Source: Prochlorococcus marinus subsp. pastoris str. CCMP1986
GTDB taxonomy: Bacteria > Cyanobacteriota > Cyanobacteriia > PCC-6307 > Cyanobiaceae
Length of the DNA: 32,000 nucleotides
Assembly (NCBI RefSeq): GCF_000011465.1
Contig: NC_005072.1
Coordinates: 1,620,001-1,652,000 of the forward strand
Direction: 5' to 3'
The number at the start of each line of letters is the position of its first letter. Within the stretch, counting starts at the first letter, position 1. This document shows positions 10,422-23,497 of this stretch, piece after piece. The notes beneath the pieces are model-generated. The model did not search any database. It was given only the letters and a program-made list of their open reading frames with translations, and was not told the origin of the DNA. The position numbers and the translations under genes were made by a program.

Positions 10422-12509
10422 ATGAAATACGAAGCTAACAATTTTATTAATAGAGAATTAAGTTGGATCGACTTTAATAAAAGAGTTCTTCTTACAGGGA
10501 TGGAGAAAGATTATAAAGTACTAGATAAAATTAAATTTTTTTCAATTTTCAGTAATAATCTTGATGAATTTTTTATGGTTAGAGTTGCATCATTAAAAGC
10601 TCAAGTTGAAGCCGGAATTAGAAAAAAAAGTATTGATGGACATACTCCTAAAGAACAATTAAAAAAAATTAACAAGGAAGTAAAAAAACTCACAATCCTT
10701 CAAGAAAAATATTTTAATAATGAATTAAATGATGAGCTTAAAAATGAAGGCATTTTCATAAAAAAGTATTGTGAACTCAATCAAAATCAGAAAAATTGGT
10801 GTGATAGCTATTTCCTATCTTCAATTTTTCCTTTATTAACACCATTAGTAGTTGATCCTGCGCACCCATTCCCTTTTATAAGTAATTTAAGTCTTAATTT
10901 GGCTGCTCTCATTAATGATGGAGAAGAATCAAAAAATCAATTTGTAAGAATTAAAATACCGACAAAAAATATTGGCAGATTTATACTAATTCCCAATGAA
11001 ATTATTGAAACTGAAGATGAAAGAGAGCATTTTTTTATAACTGTTGAAGACTTAATTGGAAACAATATCAATGCCTTATTTAATGGAATGGAATGCTTAA
11101 ATTATTCTTTTTTCCGAGTAACAAGAGATGCAGATTTAGAATTAAAAGAACTTGAAGCTGACGACTTACTTCTTGCGGTAGAGCAAAGCTTGCAAAAAAG
11201 AAGATTAGGGGGAGATGTAGTTAGATTAGAAGTAAATGAAAATATTCCACAAAATATTTTAAAGTTACTCATTGAGAGTATTGCAATACCAGAAGAATAT
11301 ATCTACTTTTGCAAAAGCTTATTAGGACTTGACGATTTAAATTACCTCTTAAAAATTAATCGAGAAGACTTAAAAGAAAATTTATTAATTGGAGATACAC
11401 ATCCATTATTAAAATCGTTAGATTCTTCTAAAGACAAAAATTTTAACTCTATTTTTAGCATTCTTAGAAAACAGAGTATACTTCTACATCATCCATACGA
11501 CTTATTCAAAACCTCTGTAGAAGAATTTATCAACAAAGCTGCTGACGACCCACTTGTACTAGCTATTAAAATTACTCTTTATAGAGTTTCAAAAGATTCT
11601 CCAATTATTGAAGCCTTAATGAGAGCAGCTGAGAATGGGAAAGAGGTAATGACTCTTGTTGAGCTCAAAGCAAGATTTGATGAAGATAACAACATCCAAT
11701 GGGCAAAACAGCTTGAGCAAGCTGGAATTCATGTTGTTTATGGAATAATAGGCTTTAAAACACATACAAAGATTGCTTTAGTGGTTAGAAAAGAGAAAAG
11801 AAGACTAAGGAATTATTTTCATATTGGAACGGGAAATTACAATTCGAACACTTCTCGCTATTACACAGACATAGGATTTCTATCAACAGATCCTGATATC
11901 TCCTCAGATTTAATTGAACTCTTTAATTACTTATCAGGTTTCTCAAAACAAAAGGCTTATCAGAAATTATTAGTATCTCCAACATCATTAAGAAAAAAAT
12001 TCATCTTTTTAATAAATAGAGAAATTGAAAATATCGAAGAGGGCAAGAAAGGTGAAATTATTGCAAAAATGAATTCATTAGTAGATCCAGAAATTATTCA
12101 ATTACTTTATTTAGCTTCCCAAAAAGGAGTAAAAATTCACCTGATAATAAGAGGGATATGTTGTTTATATCCTCAAAGAGAGAATTTGAGTGAAAATATT
12201 AAGGTTACAAGTATTATTGGGCATTTTCTTGAACATTCTAGAATTTTTTGGTTTTACAATAACAATAATCCAGAAGTTTTTATAGGCAGCGCAGACTGGA
12301 TGAGAAGAAATTTAGACAGAAGAATAGAAGCTGTTACACCTATAGAAGACCTAAAATTAAAATCTCAACTATATGATCTTTTACAAACTTATATTTATGA
12401 TAATTATTACTCCTGGATCATGAATAAAGATGGAATATACGAAAAAAAAGAGAGGGATTCAAACTCAAATCGTTCTCAAATTGATCTAATAAAAAGATTA
12501 AAAAAATAA
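10422..12509 (+). CDS. ppk1: Polyphosphate kinase 1
   Basis: 695 aa with FINRELSWIDFNKRVL, IKITLYRVSKDSPIIEAL, ELKARFDEDNNIQWAKQLEQAG, GFKTHTK, YFHIGTGNYN, GSADWMRRNLDRRIE. Confidence 0.98.
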   Translation: MKYEANNFINRELSWIDFNKRVLLTGMEKDYKVLDKIKFFSIFSNNLDEFFMVRVASLKAQVEAGIRKKSIDGHTPKEQLKKINKEVKKLTILQEKYFNNELNDELKNEGIFIKKYCELNQNQKNWCDSYFLSSIFPLLTPLVVDPAHPFPFISNLSLNLAALINDGEESKNQFVRIKIPTKNIGRFILIPNEIIETEDEREHFFITVEDLIGNNINALFNGMECLNYSFFRVTRDADLELKELEADDLLLAVEQSLQKRRLGGDVVRLEVNENIPQNILKLLIESIAIPEEYIYFCKSLLGLDDLNYLLKINREDLKENLLIGDTHPLLKSLDSSKDKNFNSIFSILRKQSILLHHPYDLFKTSVEEFINKAADDPLVLAIKITLYRVSKDSPIIEALMRAAENGKEVMTLVELKARFDEDNNIQWAKQLEQAGIHVVYGIIGFKTHTKIALVVRKEKRRLRNYFHIGTGNYNSNTSRYYTDIGFLSTDPDISSDLIELFNYLSGFSKQKAYQKLLVSPTSLRKKFIFLINREIENIEEGKKGEIIAKMNSLVDPEIIQLLYLASQKGVKIHLIIRGICCLYPQRENLSENIKVTSIIGHFLEHSRIFWFYNNNNPEVFIGSADWMRRNLDRRIEAVTPIEDLKLKSQLYDLLQTYIYDNYYSWIMNKDGIYEKKERDSNSNRSQIDLIKRLKK

Positions 12510-12703
12510 ATTTTTTTATAACATTTTAAAAAACTTCTTAATATTGATAAAAATTTTATATTTATAAGAAATCAAGTCATATCAGTTATTTTGAAGTAAT
12601 ATTAGTAGAAATCAATTTTCTTGTCTTTAAAGTTTCAACGCAAAAGTATTTTTTTTCTTGATTTCAGTGCTAGCTTTTAAAAAATCCACTTAAAGAGGCC
12701 AGG

Positions 12704-13726
12704 GTGATGGGGATCCTTCTGGAATCTGGAAATAGTTCTTCAAAAAAGAAAACTGAAGAACCTAGATTACCAAACACTGCGGGCAAGACTCGCAAAACAA
12801 AACCAAGCTTAACTGCTAAACAAAACCAAAAAAAATCTGCAAGACTCGCTTCAGATTCAATAGGTTATTACTTAAGCAGTATTGGAAGAGTTCCTCTTCT
12901 TACTGCAGCAGAAGAAATAGAGCTAGCTCATCATGTTCAAAACATGAAAAAGATGCTAGAAATTCCTGAGATAGAAAGATCATCAAAACATCTTCGCCTA
13001 ATTAAAATTGGGAAAAGAGCTAGAGATAGAATGATGTCAGCCAATTTAAGACTTGTAGTATCTGTTGCCAAGAAGTATCAAAATCAAGGTTTAGATTTAT
13101 TAGACTTGGTACAAGAAGGCGCTATAGGCTTAGAAAGAGCGGTTGATAAATTTGATCCTGCGATGGGATATAAATTTTCTACTTATGCTTATTGGTGGAT
13201 TAGACAAGGAATGACAAGAGCTATTGATAATAGCGCTAGGACAATTAGATTACCAATTCATATTAGTGAAAAACTTTCCAAAATGAGAAGAGTTTCCAGA
13301 GAATTATCTCAAAAATCTGGAAGGCAACCAACCAGATTAGAAATGGCAACAGCGATGGGAATTGAGCAAAAAGATTTAGAAGACTTAATCTCTCAAAGTG
13401 CTCCATGCGCATCTCTTGATGCTCACGCAAGAGGCGAAGAAGATCGTAGTACCTTAGGTGAACTTATTCCCGATCCAAATGGAGAAGAGCCTATGGAAGG
13501 GATGGATAGAACAATCCAAAAAGAACATTTAGGAACTTGGCTGACTCAATTAAATGAAAGAGAACAAAAAATTATGAAACTTAGATTCGGCTTAGACGGA
13601 GAGGAACCTCTTACACTGGCAGAAATAGGAAGACAAATAAATGTATCCAGAGAAAGAGTTAGGCAACTAGAAGCTAAGGCAATTTTAAAACTTAGAGTAA
13701 TGACCACTCATCAAAAAGCAGCCTAG
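12704..13726 (+). CDS. RNA polymerase sigma factor, sigma-70 group 2 (RpoD-like)
   Basis: 340 aa with LRLVVSVAKKYQNQGLDLLDLVQEGAIGLERAVDKFDPAMGYKFSTYAYWWIRQGMTRAI and C-terminal helix-turn-helix LTLAEIGRQINVSRERVRQLEAKAI. The short N-terminus without region 1.1 fits cyanobacterial group 2. Confidence 0.93.
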   Translation: MMGILLESGNSSSKKKTEEPRLPNTAGKTRKTKPSLTAKQNQKKSARLASDSIGYYLSSIGRVPLLTAAEEIELAHHVQNMKKMLEIPEIERSSKHLRLIKIGKRARDRMMSANLRLVVSVAKKYQNQGLDLLDLVQEGAIGLERAVDKFDPAMGYKFSTYAYWWIRQGMTRAIDNSARTIRLPIHISEKLSKMRRVSRELSQKSGRQPTRLEMATAMGIEQKDLEDLISQSAPCASLDAHARGEEDRSTLGELIPDPNGEEPMEGMDRTIQKEHLGTWLTQLNEREQKIMKLRFGLDGEEPLTLAEIGRQINVSRERVRQLEAKAILKLRVMTTHQKAA

Positions 13727-13731
13727 TTAAG

Positions 13732-14376
13732 TTGTTGAATTTTGTTTTTATTTTTGTTTATATATTTATTATCTTTTTTATATCGATAATATATAAAAGA
13801 TTTAATCCAAATAATAAAGAAGTACTGAGAAAAATTATTCATATTGGAATAGGACCTTTAATTCCTCTCGCAAAATTCTTAGATATAGATCAAACTTCTG
13901 CTCTTTGTTTTACAGGGCTTGTTACGTTGCTAACTTTCATAAATTACCAATCTAAATTATTTCCAACTATTGAGGATGTAGATAGAAAAAGTTATGGAAC
14001 CTTATTTTATTGTTTAAGTTTATTTATTTTAATTTACCTTTATTGGGAAAAAGATCCTACTTCACTGATTGCTGGTTTTTTTATAATGACATTTGGTGAT
14101 GGCTTTGCAGCATTAATAGGAAAGAACTTTAAATCCAAAAGTTGGATTTTTTTAAACCAAAAAAAATCTTTGTTTGGAACAACCACTATGTTTATTACAA
14201 GCTTGATAGTAGTTTTTGGTTTAAGTTATATCCAAAAATACACTTTTAATATAAATTTTTTTACTGTTGCTTCTATTTCTACAATACTTGAACAATTTAG
14301 TTTTTTTGGAATAGATAACTTTATAGTGCCAATTTCAGCAGCATTTTGTTTTAACTTTTTTATTACAGGTTTATAA
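13732..14376 (+). CDS. Dolichol/phytol kinase-family integral membrane protein (VTE5-like)
   Basis: 214 aa hydrophobic ORF (TTG start) with RKIIHIGIGPLIPLA, YGTLFYCLSLFI, MTFGDGFAALIGKNF and KKSLFGTTTMF, as in the phytol/farnesol kinase family. Confidence 0.7.
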   Translation: MLNFVFIFVYIFIIFFISIIYKRFNPNNKEVLRKIIHIGIGPLIPLAKFLDIDQTSALCFTGLVTLLTFINYQSKLFPTIEDVDRKSYGTLFYCLSLFILIYLYWEKDPTSLIAGFFIMTFGDGFAALIGKNFKSKSWIFLNQKKSLFGTTTMFITSLIVVFGLSYIQKYTFNINFFTVASISTILEQFSFFGIDNFIVPISAAFCFNFFITGL

Positions 14377-14377
14377 A

Positions 14378-15445
14378 TTACAAAATTGAATCATATAGAA
14401 TCTGAAGCAAATTTTTCGTTGTTTCTATATTTATGCAAGCATCAGTAATACTCGTACCATATTCAAGATCTTTCATATTTGAAAGTTTTTGATTACCCTC
14501 CTTCAGATGACTTTCAAGCATTACTCCTAAAATATTTTTTTCACCATTCTTAATCTGATTTGCTACGTTTTTAAGGACATCAGATTGCTTTGTGTAATCT
14601 TTATTAGAATTTCCATGGCTACAATCAATCATAACTTTGTAAGGAAGATTACCTTCTTTTAATTCGGAAGAAATACTTTTTACATGTTGATTTTCGAAAT
14701 TAACTCCTTTAGAACCTCCCCTTAAAACTATATGTCCATCTGGATTGCCGGTTGTATTTACAATAGAAGCATAACCTTGATCATTAACACCTAAGAAATG
14801 ATGAGATTTTGAAGCCGACTGCATCGCATTAATAGCAGTACTAAAAGAACCATCAGTACCATTTTTAAAACCAATAGGCATGGATAATCCTGAAGCCATT
14901 TCTCTATGAGTTTGACTTTCGGTAGTCCTTGCACCAATTGCTGTCCAACTGATTAAATCAGCAATATATTGAGGAACAATTGGATCTAATAACTCAGTAG
15001 CAGAGGGTATCCCACGCGTTGCCAAATAAGATAGTAAATTTCTCGCTCTTCGTAAACCTGTATTAATGTCATATGAACCATCTAAATGAGGGTCATTTAT
15101 TAATCCTTTCCAACCAATTGTAGTTCTGGGTTTTTCGAAATATACTCGCATTACAATTTCTAATTTATCTTTATAAATTTTTCTAAATTCCTGAATATAT
15201 TCTGAATAATCTTTAGCAGCCTCAATATCATGAATTGAACATGGTCCCACTATGACTAGAATCCGAGGATCATTATTGTGCAAAATATTTTGTATTGATC
15301 TTCTAGTATTAGAGACAGTTTCTGCAGAGGTATAATCTAAAGGTATATCATTATGAAGTTTGCTTGGAGGTATTAATGGACGTGTTTCAACAACATGCAA
15401 ATCAGATGTTTTTTCTAAAGATTGATTATTGGATGAAGTCGTCAT
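14378..15445 (-). CDS. aroG: 3-deoxy-7-phosphoheptulonate (DAHP) synthase, AroG/F/H type
   Basis: 355 aa with ILVIVGPCSIHD, MRVYFEKPRTTIGWKGLINDPHLDGS, IGARTTESQTHREMASG, HIVLRGG, MIDCSHGNSNKD. The choice of symbol among aroF/G/H is arbitrary. Confidence 0.93.
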   Translation of the reverse strand: MTTSSNNQSLEKTSDLHVVETRPLIPPSKLHNDIPLDYTSAETVSNTRRSIQNILHNNDPRILVIVGPCSIHDIEAAKDYSEYIQEFRKIYKDKLEIVMRVYFEKPRTTIGWKGLINDPHLDGSYDINTGLRRARNLLSYLATRGIPSATELLDPIVPQYIADLISWTAIGARTTESQTHREMASGLSMPIGFKNGTDGSFSTAINAMQSASKSHHFLGVNDQGYASIVNTTGNPDGHIVLRGGSKGVNFENQHVKSISSELKEGNLPYKVMIDCSHGNSNKDYTKQSDVLKNVANQIKNGEKNILGVMLESHLKEGNQKLSNMKDLEYGTSITDACINIETTKNLLQILYDSIL

Positions 15446-15542
15446 TGATTAATTAAGAAGTTTGAATATTTAAAAAAGCATTTATGAATACTCTCCTTAT
15501 CAATATTAAAAATAACAATAGATTAGGCATTAAACCTTACAA

Positions 15543-18116
15543 ATGAAGAAATTGGAAACATTGCTCAAAGATTATGCAAATCATGTAGCTGAGAGAGCTA
15601 CTAAAGGCATACCTCCATTACCACTAAATGCAGAACAGACTAACTGTATTACTAACCTCTTGGAGCAAAACACTAATTACGATAGTGAATATTTGCTAGA
15701 TTTGCTCATAAATAGAGTACCGCCAGGGGTAGACGAGGCAGCATATGTAAAAGCAAGCTGGCTTACGGCAATTGCTCAAAGCGAAAAACATTGCAGATAC
15801 ATTAACCCTGAGAGAGCAATTGAGATACTAGGCACAATGATAGGTGGATATAATGTTAATTCTCTGGTTGAAATACTTAAAGGGGAAAATAGTTTACTAG
15901 CTAAAAAAGCAGCAGAGGTTTTAAAAAATATCATTCTTGTTTACGATTCGGCGAATGATATTTATGAATTATCTCAAAATAATATTTATGCACAAGAAGT
16001 AGTAAATAGTTGGGCAAATGCAGAATGGTTCAAAAGTAAAAAAGTTCTACAGGAAGAAATTACTTGTCTAGTATTCAAAATTGATGGTGAGACAAATACA
16101 GATGACTTATCTCCTGCAGTTCACGCGACAACTCGTCCTGATATACCATTGCACGCTTTGGCTATGCTCGAATTTAAAAAGCAAGATGGATTAGAAATTC
16201 TTGATAATCTTAAAAAACAAGAGATCCCAATTGCTTATGTTGGAGATGTAGTAGGCACAGGTAGTTCAAGAAAATCAGCTATAAATTCACTGATTTGGCA
16301 TATTGGCGAAGATATACCTTTTGTACCAAATAAAAGAACGGGAGGAATAATAATTGGCAGCAAAATAGCTCCTATTTTCTTTAATACCGCACAAGATTCA
16401 GGAGCACTTCCGATAGAGGCTGATGTATCCCAAATGAACACAGGAGATTTAATAAAGATATTTCCTTATGAAGGCGTTATTAAAAAAATTGAAAAAAATA
16501 CTAATTATGAAATAGTAATAAGTCAATTCGACTTGTATCCATCAACTATTACTGATGAAATTCAAGCTGGAGGGAGAATAAATCTCATGATTGGTCGTTC
16601 ACTCACAGACAAGATTAGAAACAAATTAGATTATCAACCTAGTGAAATATTTATCAGGCCAAAAAATCCAAAAGAATTTAATTCTGGTTTTACTCAAGCA
16701 CAAAAAATAGTAGGTAAAGCATGCGGTTTAAAGGGGGTTCGACCTGGAATGACCTGTGAACCAATTATGACGACAGTTGGGAGTCAAGATACTACTGGGC
16801 CCATGACGAGGGATGAACTTAAAGAATTAGCTTGTTTAGGATTCACTGCAGATTTAGTTATGCAAAGTTTTTGTCACACAGCTGCATATCCTAAACCAGT
16901 AGATTTGCTTACACATAAAGAATTACCTGACTTTATATCTCAAAGAGGTGGAGTAGCTCTAAAACCCGGGGATGGAATAATTCACAGCTGGCTTAACAGA
17001 ATGCTCCTTCCTGATACTGTTGGTACAGGTGGAGATAGTCATACAAGATTCCCTCTTGGAATTTCATTTCCTGGAGGCTCGGGCATTGTTGCCTTTGCTG
17101 CTGCAATAGGATCAATGCCATTAAATATGCCAGAATCAGTACTCGTAAAATTTAAGGGCGATTTATTACCAGGCATAACCTTACGAGATTTAGTTAATGC
17201 AATCCCACTCTTTGCGATTAAAAAGGGACTTTTGACTGTTGAAAAAGCAAATAAAAAAAATATATTTAACGGAAAAATTATGGAAATTGAAGGATTGCCT
17301 AACTTAAAACTTGAACAAGCTTTCGAACTAACTGATGCTACTGCTGAACGCTCATGCGCTGGAAGCACAATACTTTTATCACAGGAAACTGTTCAAGAAT
17401 ACATAAGAAGCAATATTTGCCTTTTAGAAAAAATGATTGAGAGCAATTATGAAGATTCAAAGTCAATATCAAGAAGAATTAATGATATGAAAAATTGGTT
17501 AAAGAAACCTGAATTAATTCAGCCAGATCTGAATGCCAGTTACGAAGAAATAATTGAAATTGACTTATCTCAAGTTAAACAACCTATAGTTGCTTGTCCC
17601 AACGATCCAGACAATGTGAAAGAAATTGTTGATGTTGCAAATACAAATATTGATGAAGTTTTTATAGGTTCTTGTATGACAAACATTGGTCACTACAGGG
17701 CTGCCGCAAAAGTTCTTGAAGGTGTGAAAAATTTAAAGGCAAAACTATGGATTTGTCCACCCACAAAAATGGATGAGGAAACTCTGAAACAAGAAGGTTA
17801 CTATGAAATATTTGAAAATTGTGGTGCGAGATTAGAATTGCCTGGCTGTTCTTTATGCATGGGAAATCAAGCCAGAGTAGATGAAGGATCAATTGTATTT
17901 TCTACTAGTACAAGAAATTTTGACAATAGGCTTGGGAAAAATGCTCAAGTATTTTTAGGGAGTGCAGAATTAGCAGCAGTTTGTGCACTTCTTGGAAAAA
18001 TTCCTGAAATAGAAGAATATCAGGATATTACTAAAAATAAAATTAATCCATATTCTGATGAACTTTATCGCTATCTTCAATTTGATGAAATACACGATTT
18101 CAGCTTGTCAAAGTAA
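15543..18116 (+). CDS. acnB: Bifunctional aconitate hydratase 2 / 2-methylisocitrate dehydratase
   Basis: 857 aa with AcnB architecture; GDSHTRFPLGISFPGGSG, IGSCMTNIGHYRAAAKVLE, GCSLCMGNQARV, STSTRNFDNRLG. Confidence 0.97.
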   Translation: MKKLETLLKDYANHVAERATKGIPPLPLNAEQTNCITNLLEQNTNYDSEYLLDLLINRVPPGVDEAAYVKASWLTAIAQSEKHCRYINPERAIEILGTMIGGYNVNSLVEILKGENSLLAKKAAEVLKNIILVYDSANDIYELSQNNIYAQEVVNSWANAEWFKSKKVLQEEITCLVFKIDGETNTDDLSPAVHATTRPDIPLHALAMLEFKKQDGLEILDNLKKQEIPIAYVGDVVGTGSSRKSAINSLIWHIGEDIPFVPNKRTGGIIIGSKIAPIFFNTAQDSGALPIEADVSQMNTGDLIKIFPYEGVIKKIEKNTNYEIVISQFDLYPSTITDEIQAGGRINLMIGRSLTDKIRNKLDYQPSEIFIRPKNPKEFNSGFTQAQKIVGKACGLKGVRPGMTCEPIMTTVGSQDTTGPMTRDELKELACLGFTADLVMQSFCHTAAYPKPVDLLTHKELPDFISQRGGVALKPGDGIIHSWLNRMLLPDTVGTGGDSHTRFPLGISFPGGSGIVAFAAAIGSMPLNMPESVLVKFKGDLLPGITLRDLVNAIPLFAIKKGLLTVEKANKKNIFNGKIMEIEGLPNLKLEQAFELTDATAERSCAGSTILLSQETVQEYIRSNICLLEKMIESNYEDSKSISRRINDMKNWLKKPELIQPDLNASYEEIIEIDLSQVKQPIVACPNDPDNVKEIVDVANTNIDEVFIGSCMTNIGHYRAAAKVLEGVKNLKAKLWICPPTKMDEETLKQEGYYEIFENCGARLELPGCSLCMGNQARVDEGSIVFSTSTRNFDNRLGKNAQVFLGSAELAAVCALLGKIPEIEEYQDITKNKINPYSDELYRYLQFDEIHDFSLSK

Positions 18117-18125
18117 TCATGGACT

Positions 18126-19484
18126 ATGCGAAACCTTATAAAAGAAAATATTAAAAAAACAGGAAATAACTCTTCTCGAAGCATTAAAAAATTACTTAAA
18201 CAAAGATCTTTTGTTGTTTTCATATCAATTCTATTAACAGGTTTAGGGGCATCAATTACTAGTATTTCTTTTAAAACTGGAATTTATTTTATAAATAATT
18301 GGAGATTAGAACTTTTAAATCATTTTCCGTCTGTTGCAGTCCTACCACTATTTGGTGCAGTTGGTGGAGCTATTGCAGGATTTTTGATTAAAAATTTTGC
18401 TCCTGCAGCGAAAGGTTCAGGTGTAAGTCAAATCATGGGATTTTTAAGACATAAAAAAGTACCTATGAATCTTAAAGTTGGATTAGTCAAATTAATATCT
18501 GGAATCATTGCAATCGGAAGCGGGTTCCCTTTGGGTCCTGAAGGTCCATCAGTTCAAATGGGGGGTTCAGTTGCTTGGCAAATGGCAAGATGGCTAAAAG
18601 CTCCTCTAGCATTTAGAAGAGTAATAGTTGCTGCTGGAGGTGGAGCTGGAATAGCAGCAGTATTTAGCGCTCCTTTGGGTGGCTTCATTTACGCAATTGA
18701 AGAATTATTAAATTCTGCAAGACCAGTAATCTTATTATTAGTCGTAATTACAACTTTCATAGCAGATTCATCTGCAGATATTATTCAAGCCTTGGGTTTA
18801 GATCCAAAAGCCGGGGGTTTTGATTTCAATCTAGGCTTTTTAATCCAAAAAGAATATGATCCATCTGTCTTTTTCTTACCTATTGATTTTATTTACCTTG
18901 TGTTACTTGGAATAATTATTGGATTATTCGCAGAACTTTATAGTAAGTATGTTCTTTTTATGCAAAAGCTTGGAAAAAAATGGTATAAAAATAAATTTGT
19001 TCTAAAAATGAGTATTTGCGGACTTTTACTTGGAAGCATTTATTCTTTTTTGCCTAGCTCTTTCCATAATTTAGATGAATTGCAAAAAATAATAGTCGAA
19101 AAGAATACGAATATTGAAATAGCCTTTTTAGCTGTATTTATACTTTTTATAACAACAGGATTAGCCGCTGCATCTGGAGCCCCTGGAGGGCTATTCTATC
19201 CGATGCTCACTTTAGGAGGAGCTATTGGATTAATCATGGGAACCTGGGTAGAAATTGCTACAGGTCATGCCCCAAGTACATATATATTTGCTGGAATGGG
19301 GGCATTTGTAGCTGGATGTTCAAGAACACCAATAACTGCAATGTTCTTAGCTTTTGCTTTAACAAAAAATTTATTAATTATGAAGCCCGTTCTCATTAGC
19401 TGTATTGCAAGTTTCCTAGTAGCAAGAGCGTTTAATGAAGAATCAATTTATGAAAGACAAATTCAAATTGAATTAGAAGATTAA
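18126..19484 (+). CDS. clcA: CLC-family chloride channel / H+:Cl- antiporter
   Basis: 452 aa with GSGFPLGPEGPSVQMGG, FSAPLGGFIYAIEEL, GAPGGLFYPML, GMGAFVAGCSRTPITA. Confidence 0.92.
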   Translation: MRNLIKENIKKTGNNSSRSIKKLLKQRSFVVFISILLTGLGASITSISFKTGIYFINNWRLELLNHFPSVAVLPLFGAVGGAIAGFLIKNFAPAAKGSGVSQIMGFLRHKKVPMNLKVGLVKLISGIIAIGSGFPLGPEGPSVQMGGSVAWQMARWLKAPLAFRRVIVAAGGGAGIAAVFSAPLGGFIYAIEELLNSARPVILLLVVITTFIADSSADIIQALGLDPKAGGFDFNLGFLIQKEYDPSVFFLPIDFIYLVLLGIIIGLFAELYSKYVLFMQKLGKKWYKNKFVLKMSICGLLLGSIYSFLPSSFHNLDELQKIIVEKNTNIEIAFLAVFILFITTGLAAASGAPGGLFYPMLTLGGAIGLIMGTWVEIATGHAPSTYIFAGMGAFVAGCSRTPITAMFLAFALTKNLLIMKPVLISCIASFLVARAFNEESIYERQIQIELED

Positions 19485-19493
19485 AAATTATTT

Positions 19494-20348
19494 TCAATCA
19501 AAAACAGCGGTTTTGCTCTTATAAACAAATACTTGATGATTTAGATGTAATCTAACAGCCCTTGCCAAAGCAACTCTCTCTATGTCCCTACCTTTTCGAA
19601 TCAAATCATCAACTTCATCTCTATGACTTACATTGACAGTACATTGTTCAATAATTGGGCCCTCATCAAGATCTTTAGTTACATAATGTGCTGTAGCACC
19701 TATTAATTTTACACCCCTTTTCCATGCACGATGATATGGTTGAGCGCCCTTAAAAGCAGGTAAGAAAGAATGATGAATATTTATTATTGATGAAAACTTT
19801 TGCACAAAAGAATCACTCAAAATTTGCATATATTTAGCTAATACAACAAAATCGATATCAAATTGATCGATTAATTTTAAAATCTGATCTTCAACATCAG
19901 ATTTCGAGGAATTAACAGTATCAAAATAAACAAATTGTGAATTAAAGTCATTCGCAATACTTTCAAGATCAGGATGATTAGAAATTATTAATGGGACATT
20001 CATTTTAAGTTCGCCATTTCTTACTCGCCAAAGTAAATCAATTAAACAATGATTTTGTTTACTCACAAAAATAGCAACATTCGGAATCTCATCTGAATAA
20101 TTAATATTAAATTTTCCATTTATATCAACTGCAATTGTTTGAAACTTATCATAAATATCCTTTCTATTAATTGTTGTATGGATACTATTCCACTCAATCC
20201 TACTAAGAAATAGTCCCGCATCTTGATCTGTATGATGATCTGAATGCTTGATATTGCCACCATAATCGGATATCCAACTTGTAAGCTTACTTACTAAGCC
20301 TGGACGATCAGGACAAACAATTTTGAATATAATTGAGGGATGTTCCAA
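19494..20348 (-). CDS. purU: Formyltetrahydrofolate deformylase
   Basis: 284 aa: N-terminal ACT-like domain (FKIVCPDRPGLVSKLTSWI), then a formyltransferase fold with KYMQILSD, NIHHSFLPAFKGAQPYHRAWKRGVKLIGATAHYV, DEGPIIEQ. Confidence 0.95.
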   Translation of the reverse strand: MEHPSIIFKIVCPDRPGLVSKLTSWISDYGGNIKHSDHHTDQDAGLFLSRIEWNSIHTTINRKDIYDKFQTIAVDINGKFNINYSDEIPNVAIFVSKQNHCLIDLLWRVRNGELKMNVPLIISNHPDLESIANDFNSQFVYFDTVNSSKSDVEDQILKLIDQFDIDFVVLAKYMQILSDSFVQKFSSIINIHHSFLPAFKGAQPYHRAWKRGVKLIGATAHYVTKDLDEGPIIEQCTVNVSHRDEVDDLIRKGRDIERVALARAVRLHLNHQVFVYKSKTAVFD

Positions 20349-20396
20349 AGAAAATTTAATTGTTTAATCAAATAAGTAAGTACACCTAATATATCA

Positions 20397-23395
<2,999 letters not shown>

Positions 23396-23497
23396 TTAAT
23401 ATTCTCCATAATCGGTCATTGACGACATTATTGTTACTCTGAAACGGGGTGTGGTTCCCGAACAGATTACAATTTTCCTGCAAAATTCTTCTTAATA

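Noticed and set aside
16235-17892. Three minus-strand ORFs (68, 109, 76 aa) inside acnB
   Set aside because: Antisense shadows of a full-length intact AcnB frame.
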